Position numbers and translations under genes: made by a program. The notes beneath the pieces were generated by a model. The model did no database searches. It saw only the letters and a list, made by a program, of their open reading frames with translations, and was not told the origin of the DNA. A DNA stretch of 53,336 nucleotides from Candidatus Methanomethylicaceae archaeon (GTDB taxonomy: Archaea > Thermoproteota > Methanomethylicia > Methanomethylicales > Methanomethylicaceae): NCBI GenBank assembly GCA_025057955.1, contig JANXER010000007.1, positions 1 to 53,336 on the forward strand, written 5' to 3'. Shown piece after piece: positions 41,497 through 50,511 of the stretch. Every line of letters begins with the position of its first letter. The first letter of the stretch is position 1.

Positions 41497-42000
41497 CTAA
41501 CTTATACTTACCTTTGTTACCGTAGGAATGGTTAAAAGCTTGGAAATAACTTCTCCTGGTACTTTTTTATCAGTTATAATAAGTAATTTTGGATCGGGAT
41601 TGAGATCTGGATCTTCAGCAAGTATTTGTCTAATGCTAAGGCCAGCCTCTGCTATATATGATGTTGCTTTAGCTATTACTCCAATAGCAGTTGGTTGTGC
41701 CCTTATTTCTAAAACCCCATAACCTAGTTCCGGTGCAACCTCCTTTAGAAAACTTCCCGCAGGCTTTATCTTTATGAAAATATTTCTCATTCTCTCATTA
41801 TTTATAATCTCTTTTACAGTTTGTCTTACAACCCTCCTATCTACGGATATAGCACGAGCTATACTAGTGTCAGGTATTTCAACATTGCCACACACTATTC
41901 TTCCTTCATCATTGATGCTTAAACCAAGCTCTACCATGACTCTTGCTACTTTAAGCTTAGCAGGAGAATTTGAAAAGAACTTTTCAACCTCTTTCCACAC
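41497..42000 (-). CDS. ACT-domain regulator of amino-acid metabolism (archaeal family)
   Basis: IARAISVDRRVV HTH-like segment, then an ACT domain (G.IA......AGLSIRQI...DP). Confidence 0.8.
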   Translation of the reverse strand: MWKEVEKFFSNSPAKLKVARVMVELGLSINDEGRIVCGNVEIPDTSIARAISVDRRVVRQTVKEIINNERMRNIFIKIKPAGSFLKEVAPELGYGVLEIRAQPTAIGVIAKATSYIAEAGLSIRQILAEDPDLNPDPKLLIITDKKVPGEVISKLLTIPTVTKVSIS

Positions 42001-42032
42001 ACATATTATTATGATAATAATGATTTAAAAAC

Positions 42033-42575
42033 TTAGTCTATGCCAATTATTATGGTACCAAGCTCCGGTCTCTCCTCTTTCACACCAAGTCTTACTTTCA
42101 AATATTTATCTGCTGGTGGTGATGGACTCCCTACAATTGCATTCAATTTCTCTAACTCAGGTATGCATAATGGCAACATTATTGTCAATAGTTTATCCCT
42201 TTTTTCCTTTATTATACTTACTTTATCTTTATATATTACTAAATTTCCTATAACAATATTCCCTTCCTCTTTTAATTTTCTTAATAACTCCTCATCATAT
42301 ATATCTTCAGCTATCACTTCATTATCACACACCATTCTTACTAGAGAAGTCTTAGGCCATTTAAATTCCATATTAGTTAAACATGCATATATTGACTTTT
42401 TACTAAGGGCTTTTCTTACACCTAAGTTTAATCCCCTACATAATCCCATCAATATATTGCTCTCAGCCTCTTTTTCCAACCTCTCAATTTCCTTCTTATC
42501 TTCATCATTTAATTTCACAACTTTTACTATTCCCTCTATTCTATTTAAAACATTAAAAATCTCATCGTTTAACAT
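42033..42575 (-). CDS. Hypothetical protein translationally coupled to the RACo gene
   Basis: 180-aa ORF overlapping the RACo stop by 14 nt, normal composition, three Cys in the N-terminal half, SPSPP motif. Confidence 0.7.
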   Translation of the reverse strand: MLNDEIFNVLNRIEGIVKVVKLNDEDKKEIERLEKEAESNILMGLCRGLNLGVRKALSKKSIYACLTNMEFKWPKTSLVRMVCDNEVIAEDIYDEELLRKLKEEGNIVIGNLVIYKDKVSIIKEKRDKLLTIMLPLCIPELEKLNAIVGSPSPPADKYLKVRLGVKEERPELGTIIIGID

Positions 42576-44463
42576 ATCTTCTCACATTTATTGGTGATTT
42601 TATTATACTCATTACTTCTGGAAAATCCTCTAGCCTACTATTTGGCATGAACATTGCATTTATATACTCTTCTTCAAATATTCGCTCTACAGCCAATTCT
42701 ACATATTTCATTTTCTTCACAATTTCCTCAGCCTCTTTTCTATAATCTATAGACTTCAAGCACAATCTAGCGCCTGATCCTGCTGTATTACCTAAGAAGG
42801 AGATTCTTGAAGTTGGCAAATCAGGTATAATTCCTATGATTTTTGCGCTTAAAGGATCTATATAACTTCCAAAGGCTCCTGCAATTATAATTTCAGATAT
42901 TTCTTCTTTTTTTAATCCTCCTTTTTTCATAAGTGTCATATATCCGGCATATATTGCTGCTTTTGCTTTCTGTATTTCTCTTATATCCTCTTGTGTTATT
43001 ACGATATCTTCTTCACCCGTTGCTGTTTCCTCTTTGAATACTAGAATGAACTCTTTACCAAATCCTCCCTCGCGCACTCTTCTATGGTTCTTTAAAATTA
43101 TTCTTCCTGATGTATCTATTATGCCTGTTCTCAACATTTCAGCAATAGCATCTATAATACCTGAACCACATATCCCTCTTGGTTTTTCATCATTTATTGT
43201 AATATACTCAACTTCAAAATCCTCTCTTATCTTTACTTTTTCTATGGCTCCACTAGCAGCTCTCATACCATATCTTACATGTGCTCCTTCAAATGCTGGA
43301 CCAGAGGCTGTGGAGCAACACCATAATCCTCTCTTATTGCCTAGTATTACTTCAGTATTAGTTCCAACGTCCATAAGTAGAGTAATTTTTTCTTTCTCGT
43401 GTATTCTTGATGCTAAGACATCTGCTATGGCATCTGCACCAACAAATCCTGCTATATTTGGCAATGTATAAACATTGCCAGATGGATTTATATTAATTCC
43501 AAGTTCTTTTGCCTTAATATTATAGCTCATTCCTATTACAGGAGAATAAGGAGCTAATCCAAGCCATTTTACATTTAATCCTAGAAAAAGATGATGCATA
43601 GCAGTATTTCCTACGACAACCACCTCATATAAATCCTCTCTCCTTACATCTGTTTCCATCAATCCTCTCTCTATTAATTCATTTATTCCAGCTATTATTG
43701 ATCTTTGCAATTCCTTCAGATTTTCCTCACTCTGAGATGCATATTGTATTCGTGAAATTACATCCTCGCCGTACTTTATCTGTGGATTCATAATTCCATC
43801 AGCAAATAGTATTTTTCCACTTATGAGATCTACTATGAATACCGCAAGCTTTGTAGTTCCAATATCCACAGCTACTCCATAACAATCCTTTGTTTTATCA
43901 CCAGGTTGAATATTTATAATTTCTCTATTATTTATTATTGTAAAGGTAACCTTCCAACCACTCTCTCTTAAAATCTTCGGCATCTCTTTTATAATAGTAT
44001 AATCTAATGAAAAATTACTCATTCCTAAATGGGATAGAACTTCATTAATTCTAACGTCATCCCCCCTAGGATCTTCTAATGATGGAGGATTAATTTCGAA
44101 ATAGAGCTTTTTGATATTGGGACTTACTTTAGCAGTTGGCTCTACGCCCATTATTACCAATTTTTGCCTTCCTATTCTACTCTTATCTGGAACATTTATT
44201 ATCAAATGATCTAAAACTTTCAATTGACATGCTAATCTAATTCCCTTCGCAATTCTCTCTCTACCAATTTTACGTACCTCTTGTTCTGTGGGTGGAGGAG
44301 TGCTTCCCTTTACTACTTCCACTAAGCATTTTCCACAAGTTCCTCTGCCACCGCATAATGCTACAAGATCAACATCAGCTTTCAATGCTGCTGTTAATAC
44401 TGTGGAAGAATCTTGAACTGAGATCTTCTTACCCTCTGGTAAAAATTTTACTTCAAATTCCAT
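42562..44463 (-). CDS. ATP-dependent reductive activator of corrinoid proteins (RACo/DUF4445 ASKHA with N-terminal [2Fe-2S])
   Basis: CGGRGTCGKC...RLACQ ferredoxin; VDIGTT, NPQ..YGEDVISRI, FVGAD, DVGTNTE, GPAFEG, GICGSG, AGAFG, GNTA. Confidence 0.92.
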   Translation of the reverse strand: MEFEVKFLPEGKKISVQDSSTVLTAALKADVDLVALCGGRGTCGKCLVEVVKGSTPPPTEQEVRKIGRERIAKGIRLACQLKVLDHLIINVPDKSRIGRQKLVIMGVEPTAKVSPNIKKLYFEINPPSLEDPRGDDVRINEVLSHLGMSNFSLDYTIIKEMPKILRESGWKVTFTIINNREIINIQPGDKTKDCYGVAVDIGTTKLAVFIVDLISGKILFADGIMNPQIKYGEDVISRIQYASQSEENLKELQRSIIAGINELIERGLMETDVRREDLYEVVVVGNTAMHHLFLGLNVKWLGLAPYSPVIGMSYNIKAKELGININPSGNVYTLPNIAGFVGADAIADVLASRIHEKEKITLLMDVGTNTEVILGNKRGLWCCSTASGPAFEGAHVRYGMRAASGAIEKVKIREDFEVEYITINDEKPRGICGSGIIDAIAEMLRTGIIDTSGRIILKNHRRVREGGFGKEFILVFKEETATGEEDIVITQEDIREIQKAKAAIYAGYMTLMKKGGLKKEEISEIIIAGAFGSYIDPLSAKIIGIIPDLPTSRISFLGNTAGSGARLCLKSIDYRKEAEEIVKKMKYVELAVERIFEEEYINAMFMPNSRLEDFPEVMSIIKSPINVRRYVKR

Positions 44464-46126
44464 TCTCTTTCAACCTCATATAATCTTCAATTACCTTTGA
44501 AGGATCACCATCGCTTATAATTTTACCATTAATTATTAATATACATCTATCTGCTACTTCCTCTATGAAGTCTAATTGATGGCTTACAAGTATTATTGCT
44601 GGTTTTAGGATTAATTTAATTTTTTTCAAAATATTGGCAACTCTCCTTAAGTTTAAAGGATCTAAATCTCCAAAAGGCTCATCAAGTAGAAGTACCTTTG
44701 GATTAGATACTAGAGAAAGAGCAAGTGCTATTCTTATTTTCTCTCCACCTGAGAGCTCATAAGATTTTCTATTGAGTATTTCTGAACTAAGATTGAACCA
44801 ATTTAAAATTTCCTCTGCAATCTTTCTACTTTTCTCAAGATTTTTTTCTAAAAAAATCTCTTTTAAAGCAATTCTATCAATTCCTAATTCACTTAGCTTA
44901 ATTTCCATTTCATTTTCAGGAAGTTCCATTATTCTACCTAGGAAATCCACTTGAGTTTCACTTAATCCTATTTTTTTTGCTCTTCGAAAAGCTCCTTCTA
45001 ATAGCTTATAATCCTTAATTCCTAGCCTTGAGGAGAATAAATTCAATACTTCAGACCAATAAGGTAAATCGAACTCTTGATGCATTATGCTTATTTTTCT
45101 CCTGGCTTTAAGGCTCCTCCTTCCAAGTTTATTAATTGTAACCCATTCTCCTTTATGATATAGCAATATATTTCCAGAGTTGGGCAATTCCAATCCTGCT
45201 AATATTCTTAATAGTACAGTTTTTCCGGCGGCAGAAGGACCAATGATTGCTGTTATTTCACCAGTTCTAAAGCTCATAGTTGTATTTTTCAATTCAAATA
45301 TTTTTCCATAGGGGATCAATTTGTATACTTTTTCAACATTTTCCATCCTTAAAATCTCTCTTCCTTTTATTCTAGTTTTCTCCAGAGGTCTCTCCAATTT
45401 AGAGAGAAACTCATCAACAATTTCCTTTGGCCTTCCTTCCATTAGTTTTCTTCCCTTTTCAATAAGCACGACTCTATCTGCGAGTTTCAAATGTGTTTGA
45501 GGATTATGAGATACAAAGAGTATACTTGTTCCATAAGCATCTCTTACTCTTTTTAATGCATCAATTAAAGCCTCTCTACTTTTTATATCCGTCATAGTAC
45601 CAGGCTCATCAAGTAGTAATAGCTTTGGCTTTCTTGCAATTTGTCTTGCCACAATAAGCCTTTGCTTCTCTCCACCGCTTAATATTACAGACCAGAGATC
45701 TACTTTTCCATCCAATCCTACGACCTTCAAAATTTCCAAGGCTCTAGCTTTATATTCTTCATATTCGCTTTCACTTTGAGGTAAACTCTCCTCTTTTATA
45801 TCTTGATACCTTAAGGCTCTAATAACATTATCTATGACTGAATCTGGCCAAAGAGCAAAGGTCCTTTGAAGTTGTATTGCAGTCCTCTTCTGAAGCTCAT
45901 AAAATGCTTCCTTTGGTGAATTTGGAGTTACTTCAAGATCTTCAAATATAATTCTCCCACTATTGAAGCTCTCTACACCCCTCAATATTCTCAATAGTGT
46001 GGTTTTTCCTGCTCCACTCTCTCCTAGTATGCCTAAAATTTCTCCTCTATTCAAATTCAATGAAATTGAATTTAAAGCTGTAATTCCATTTGGAAATATC
46101 TTCACAATATCTTCACATGAAAGCAT
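44453..46126 (-). CDS. Second component-A2-like double ABC ATPase lacking the zinc-binding insert
   Basis: GESGAGKTT, LSGGEKQR, LLLDEP and GPSAAGKT, LSGGEKIR, LLLDEP; A2-like blocks LQRTFALW..VIDNV, EWV....GR, MHQEF; no TM segments and no permease nearby. Confidence 0.8.
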   Translation of the reverse strand: MLSCEDIVKIFPNGITALNSISLNLNRGEILGILGESGAGKTTLLRILRGVESFNSGRIIFEDLEVTPNSPKEAFYELQKRTAIQLQRTFALWPDSVIDNVIRALRYQDIKEESLPQSESEYEEYKARALEILKVVGLDGKVDLWSVILSGGEKQRLIVARQIARKPKLLLLDEPGTMTDIKSREALIDALKRVRDAYGTSILFVSHNPQTHLKLADRVVLIEKGRKLMEGRPKEIVDEFLSKLERPLEKTRIKGREILRMENVEKVYKLIPYGKIFELKNTTMSFRTGEITAIIGPSAAGKTVLLRILAGLELPNSGNILLYHKGEWVTINKLGRRSLKARRKISIMHQEFDLPYWSEVLNLFSSRLGIKDYKLLEGAFRRAKKIGLSETQVDFLGRIMELPENEMEIKLSELGIDRIALKEIFLEKNLEKSRKIAEEILNWFNLSSEILNRKSYELSGGEKIRIALALSLVSNPKVLLLDEPFGDLDPLNLRRVANILKKIKLILKPAIILVSHQLDFIEEVADRCILIINGKIISDGDPSKVIEDYMRLKENGI

Positions 46127-46129
46127 ATC

Positions 46130-47044
46130 TTACACCTTGATTAGATAGGACTGAGGGAGAATTTTAACTAATATGTAGCTTCTCATTAGAGATTTTTTAA
46201 TATTAGCTATATCACCAAGCCTCCTTCCCTCAATATCTATGGAGGCCACTTTATATCTATAATCATCATAAGGTAATTTTATTCTTAAACCATCTATTTT
46301 CAATGTGATTGGGCTAGGTGAAAGTGCCTCTAGAGCTTCTGGCATTTGTCTTTCAATTTCCTTTTTCACAAGTGCTGGCTCTACAATTAAAGGATCAAGA
46401 TCCATTTCCCTTCTTCTCTTCTCAGCCACTCTTTCTGCCAAATCAGATACTAATTCCAATTTTTCAATCATTTCATTAATTCTAAATCTCTCTGGATATC
46501 TACCAATACCTCCTACATAACCTTCAATTCCTGGCAGTTCAATTTCATCAGGACCACCTGTTACAATAATGGGTATGGATATATCTTTGAATAATTTTGT
46601 TTTGAAGTTTTTTAGACAATATTCAAAATTTCCAAGCACAAATATAGCAATATCATGTTCTTCTATAAGTTCACGATCTTCTTTACTTATATGCGCTATT
46701 TTCTGACCAACACCTCTTGAAAGCCCTAATAGATTTGTCTTAGCTCCATGTCTTCTTAGATTCTCTGCAATATCACAAGCTGGATGAGGTAAATGATGTC
46801 TCGAGAGGCTTGGAGCTACTACTACAATCTCCACTCCTATGAGTGGAGCTTCCTTTAAGCTTCCCTTCAGTTCCTCTGCAATTTCCATCACTTTTTTTAA
46901 ATCATTTTCTGGAACAGCTATATGCATTATTAAATCAAGTCCAATGACATTCTTTTGTATGATAAAACCTCCTAAATCTTCCACAAACTCCACTAAAATT
47001 TCATGTTTATGGACTCCTCCTTCAAATATAAGATACTTTAGCAT
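46130..47044 (-). CDS. Methanogenesis marker protein 7
   Basis: FEGGVHKH..LVEFVEDLGG, PLIGVEI.VV.PSLSRHHLPHPACDIAE.LR, GLSRGVG, EEHD. Confidence 0.92.
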   Translation of the reverse strand: MLKYLIFEGGVHKHEILVEFVEDLGGFIIQKNVIGLDLIMHIAVPENDLKKVMEIAEELKGSLKEAPLIGVEIVVVAPSLSRHHLPHPACDIAENLRRHGAKTNLLGLSRGVGQKIAHISKEDRELIEEHDIAIFVLGNFEYCLKNFKTKLFKDISIPIIVTGGPDEIELPGIEGYVGGIGRYPERFRINEMIEKLELVSDLAERVAEKRRREMDLDPLIVEPALVKKEIERQMPEALEALSPSPITLKIDGLRIKLPYDDYRYKVASIDIEGRRLGDIANIKKSLMRSYILVKILPQSYLIKV

Positions 47045-47576
47045 TATCAATCATCTCCATTGCCTTCTTAATCCATTCCTCTTTAATGGGATCCTCTGAA
47101 GCAATTATAATTATAATTTCATCTCTCTTCATAGAACGTCTAATTTTGAAGCCTTCGGGTAAAATTCTTGATATCAACTCCGTAATTTTCTCAGTAACAC
47201 TTATTGCCTTCTCTCTTATCTTAATTTCTTTCAAGTATTCTAAATCAACTCCTTTTACAAGAATATCATTTCTTCCTATTTGCTCAATCTTGTCTCTTCC
47301 CAACTCACTCCAAAGCGCCCTCAGAGCATCAGCTAGATCCAATTCATTATCAAGCGATATCTTAATACTATCAGATCTCACCTCAAATTTTGCTAAATCT
47401 TTAAGTACGTTCTTCCTTTCAAATTCTCTATAGCTTATACTGATTATAAAGAGGGGGATTTCCGGTCTTATATATGCATATAGCCATTTTATGCTTCCAC
47501 CTAATGCCAAATCTTCTACAGCTCTTTCAATGAGATGTCTATAACGCTCTCCTCCCTTCTTATCAGAGGAGTCCAC
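47022..47576 (-). CDS. Methanogenesis marker protein 17
   Basis: D..G...Y..LI, P.FII, LW..LGRD.IEQ, RILPEGFKIR, ASED; lies between mmp6 and mmp7. Confidence 0.82.
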   Translation of the reverse strand: MDSSDKKGGERYRHLIERAVEDLALGGSIKWLYAYIRPEIPLFIISISYREFERKNVLKDLAKFEVRSDSIKISLDNELDLADALRALWSELGRDKIEQIGRNDILVKGVDLEYLKEIKIREKAISVTEKITELISRILPEGFKIRRSMKRDEIIIIIASEDPIKEEWIKKAMEMIDNAKVSYI

Positions 47577-47589
47577 AATGAGCCTAATT

Positions 47590-47988
47590 TTAAGCCTCCT
47601 CCACTATTTTTTTAAGGATTTCATAATTCAATTTATCTCTCTTTCTTCTAGGAGCCTCCTCAGCACTTTCTAGCGCTTTAGCAACGTTCTTTAGTACACT
47701 TCTCTCCAATCCTAGCATGAAAAAACCTGGCCTTGGTCCTCCGCCTCTTTTTGCTCTACAAATTCTTTCATCTCCTATTCTAAATCCCCTCGCTTTTACA
47801 AATATTCTATTTGGATCCATCTCCTTCAATTCCTTTATGGCCTTCTCAACGACTTCATCCTCTCCCTCTATTAAGAGGCCATAGCAAGTCTCCTTATAAT
47901 TTATATCACTGATCTTAGAGATTTTCTCCGCCAACATTGATGGTGTTAAATTTGAATCTGGTGATAGCATAACCACATAAGTTTTCAT
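47590..47988 (-). CDS. Methanogenesis marker protein 6
   Basis: KETCYG..IEG, IF.K.RGF..GD.RICRA.RGGGPRPGF..L..E. Confidence 0.9.
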   Translation of the reverse strand: MKTYVVMLSPDSNLTPSMLAEKISKISDINYKETCYGLLIEGEDEVVEKAIKELKEMDPNRIFVKARGFRIGDERICRAKRGGGPRPGFFMLGLERSVLKNVAKALESAEEAPRRKRDKLNYEILKKIVEEA

Positions 47989-49478
47989 TAATTAGCCTCC
48001 ATAATGTAAATTTCATCATTTTCTCTAATATTTTTCAAATTCTCCAAACCTGCTATAACTTCCCCTATTATATTGCTTCCATCGAACCCCTCAGCTGTTG
48101 GACCAAATTTTTCACTTCTTGATAATCTTATTCCAATTATACCTACATTCTTCTTTACAGAATTGGTCACTCCTATTACTCCAGCATTAACACCCTCCTT
48201 TGGAGTATTCTCTGGTATGAGCATTTTTTCTATATTACCTTTGAATAAAACTACATCCTTTGTTGCAAAGAAAACTTTCAAACACCCTATTTTTTTCAAG
48301 TCCATTCCAGTAACTCTTTCAAAATATTTCACAGTAACTGGTGCAAGCTCCCTATATAGTTTTATTTTCAAGATTTTATTCTTTGATATCCCTTTACAAA
48401 TCACCTTTCCTTCTTTATAAATTTCTAAAGTGGTTGATGGCATATGATCAACAATTATAGCATCATCACTGACATCTTCTTCTCTTATACATCTTATGCC
48501 TAAATTCTTCAAAATGATGGAAGCTTCATATTGAGTCTTTCCCAATAATTCTATTTTAGCTGGATTGACTATAACTTTAATTCTATCTCCTTCTAAAGCT
48601 ACATCAGCGAGCTCCAATCCCTTTGTGATCTTGCCCACTATTGTATGATCAATGGATATTGGCGCTCTATCCGTATATACATAGATGGATCCTGTCATAA
48701 TTCCTCCATTTCTAATAGAGATTACACCTCTTTCCCTAATTCCAATTTTTTCTCTTTCCAATGAAGTTACGTATTTATCATGTGAAATGAATCTACTAGT
48801 CTTTCTTGAGACTAGAAAGCCATTAGCTAATGCATTATATAAATATTCTCCATTCTTGGGAGATTCAAAATCCAAGGAAATTTCCATATGAGTTATTATT
48901 TCATCTCCATAATTTGGTACGTAATCTAAATTTACTCGCATTAATTGTATTCCTCCTCTTTCCTTTACTATGGGGGAGATTTTTTCTATATAATCTCCCA
49001 CTTTCAATAATTCAAGAATATGTCTTCCATAGACCACTTTTCCCATAATATCTCCATCATCTGGAGGAAAATATAATCCAACATGAGTTTTCTTGCTAAA
49101 TATTAAATGCGACTCATCTAAACTCATTCCAGATAGACTGATTGTAATCTCATATTGTTTTAACTCAATTTCCTTTATTAATGGTTTAAAGTTTGAGATT
49201 GTAGGGCCAAAGGCTATGGCCTCATTGGTTGCCCATCTTACTTTACAACCTTCAAAATTTTTGTAAACTTTTCTCCATTTATCTAGAGCTTTTTCACATT
49301 CCCATCTTATTATAATTTTACCTCTATTAGTTATTACCTCATAGAGATTTGTAATAATTTTTTCTATATCTATTGGCCTTTTCACTGCTATAATGAAATC
49401 ATTAAAATTAGGTAATATTTTCCTTAGATTCTCCCCCTCTTGAATTTCAAATTCAATTCCATCCACTATAATCTTCAT
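47988..49478 (-). CDS. Methanogenesis marker protein 3 (cyclophilin-like)
   Basis: I.VDG, T..G, VRW....AFGP, LSG, R.RG.ISIRN.G...G.IYVY, AP.T..YF, PEN.P, IGVTN, FGPT.E.F.GSNI.G; ATG 49478. Confidence 0.88.
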   Translation of the reverse strand: MKIIVDGIEFEIQEGENLRKILPNFNDFIIAVKRPIDIEKIITNLYEVITNRGKIIIRWECEKALDKWRKVYKNFEGCKVRWATNEAIAFGPTISNFKPLIKEIELKQYEITISLSGMSLDESHLIFSKKTHVGLYFPPDDGDIMGKVVYGRHILELLKVGDYIEKISPIVKERGGIQLMRVNLDYVPNYGDEIITHMEISLDFESPKNGEYLYNALANGFLVSRKTSRFISHDKYVTSLEREKIGIRERGVISIRNGGIMTGSIYVYTDRAPISIDHTIVGKITKGLELADVALEGDRIKVIVNPAKIELLGKTQYEASIILKNLGIRCIREEDVSDDAIIVDHMPSTTLEIYKEGKVICKGISKNKILKIKLYRELAPVTVKYFERVTGMDLKKIGCLKVFFATKDVVLFKGNIEKMLIPENTPKEGVNAGVIGVTNSVKKNVGIIGIRLSRSEKFGPTAEGFDGSNIIGEVIAGLENLKNIRENDEIYIMEAN

Positions 49479-49525
49479 ATAGTACACCAAACAATTATTT
49501 ATCACCTCTCTCAAATTTATAAAAG
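49479..49525. promoter_or_regulatory. Compact divergent promoter region between mmp3 and mcrD
   Basis: 47-bp gap containing palindromic TTTATAAA (49516-49523), TTATTTAT (49495-49502) and a minus-strand GGTG RBS (49485-49488). Confidence 0.45.
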
Positions 49526-49873
49526 GTGCCTTTATTGAGCGAGCAAGAGATAGAATTAATGCCAAGAAGATTAATGTCCATGGATAGGGCAGATGAGCTT
49601 GTTAATATGCTTAAGGCTACTGGCTTAATTAGTGAAGTACTATTGCAAAAACACAAATATTATGATGGAAAATACTTGGTTGGACGCTTTATATTATTGA
49701 TTAATAATCCTCCGAATGAAGTTATAAGCAAAATTGCTCCAATTTGTGAAAAAATGATGCCATATGGCTATGATATTAGAGTAGGTAAATTTACAAAACC
49801 AAGGCCCACAGTCTCAGACTATATTAGGGAGGCAATATATTGGAGCGAACTATTGGAAGGGGAACGCAAATAG
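49526..49873 (+). CDS. mcrD: Methyl-coenzyme M reductase operon protein D (short form)
   Basis: IELMPRRL, VGRF, PYGYDIRVGKFTK..PTVSDY; directly upstream of mcrC. Confidence 0.78.
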   Translation: MPLLSEQEIELMPRRLMSMDRADELVNMLKATGLISEVLLQKHKYYDGKYLVGRFILLINNPPNEVISKIAPICEKMMPYGYDIRVGKFTKPRPTVSDYIREAIYWSELLEGERK

Positions 49874-50511
49874 TTGATTGTAGAGAAGCGCAAGGAGTGG
49901 GAATAGGTGGAGGTTTAGCTCAAAGAGGGACGATTTCAGAATCCGAACGCCTTGATGTTGTTGCAATAGCAATGTCTCCTTCAAAGAGGCATATTACAAA
50001 ACCCATTTGCGAAATAACCTATGGACTTAGGGAGCAAGGAATAAGGACTAGCGTATTAGTTCTTGAATCTGGATCAGGAGTTCCACCTGATTCACCATAT
50101 GGTGGTGCACCAGGTGGAACAATGGCTGGAATTACTGAGAAGGAAATTCTTCAAATAAAGAGATTTAAGTTAGCAATTCTTCATCTTGGTGGTATTGCAG
50201 GTCATGTAGTATATAAGGCAAGAGCTTTTTTACGTTACGTGGATATTCCAGCCATAATTGTTTGTGAGGCACCTGTGGACTATGAGGATTTCGCAAAAGT
50301 TGGTATAATAACAAGATTGGTTCGCCCTCCTCCAGATAGAGTGGAATGTCTTGGCATAATTGTGGATATAGTGACTGGAGTTGTTAGAGGTGTGAGCGTT
50401 CAAAGAGATAAATTGAATGAAATAATATTAAAGGTTAAATTTTGGTTAAATAAAATAGAGGAAGGATCGGTGAAATTAATTGGCCAAAGTATATATCCAT
50501 CCTCCAAATAG
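49840..50511 (+). CDS. mcrC: Methyl-coenzyme M reductase operon protein C
   Basis: IGR.TQIVDCRE..G.G.GGGLAQRGTISE, SPSKRHITKPICEIT, SVLVL.SGSG.P, CEAPVD.EDFAK.G. Confidence 0.95.
   Translation: MERTIGRGTQIVDCREAQGVGIGGGLAQRGTISESERLDVVAIAMSPSKRHITKPICEITYGLREQGIRTSVLVLESGSGVPPDSPYGGAPGGTMAGITEKEILQIKRFKLAILHLGGIAGHVVYKARAFLRYVDIPAIIVCEAPVDYEDFAKVGIITRLVRPPPDRVECLGIIVDIVTGVVRGVSVQRDKLNEIILKVKFWLNKIEEGSVKLIGQSIYPSSK

Noticed and set aside
44453-46126. Second double-ABC protein as a transporter ATPase
   Set aside because: No permease or binding protein is adjacent, and it carries A2-specific sequence blocks in methanogenesis-marker context.
10210-49565. Extended ORF-track starts (cdc48 10210, leuA 14117, mcrB 24474, atwA 32512, mmp15 35624, mmp3 49565)
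   Set aside because: They overlap neighbouring genes or precede the RBS; downstream ATGs match family N-termini and RBS spacing.
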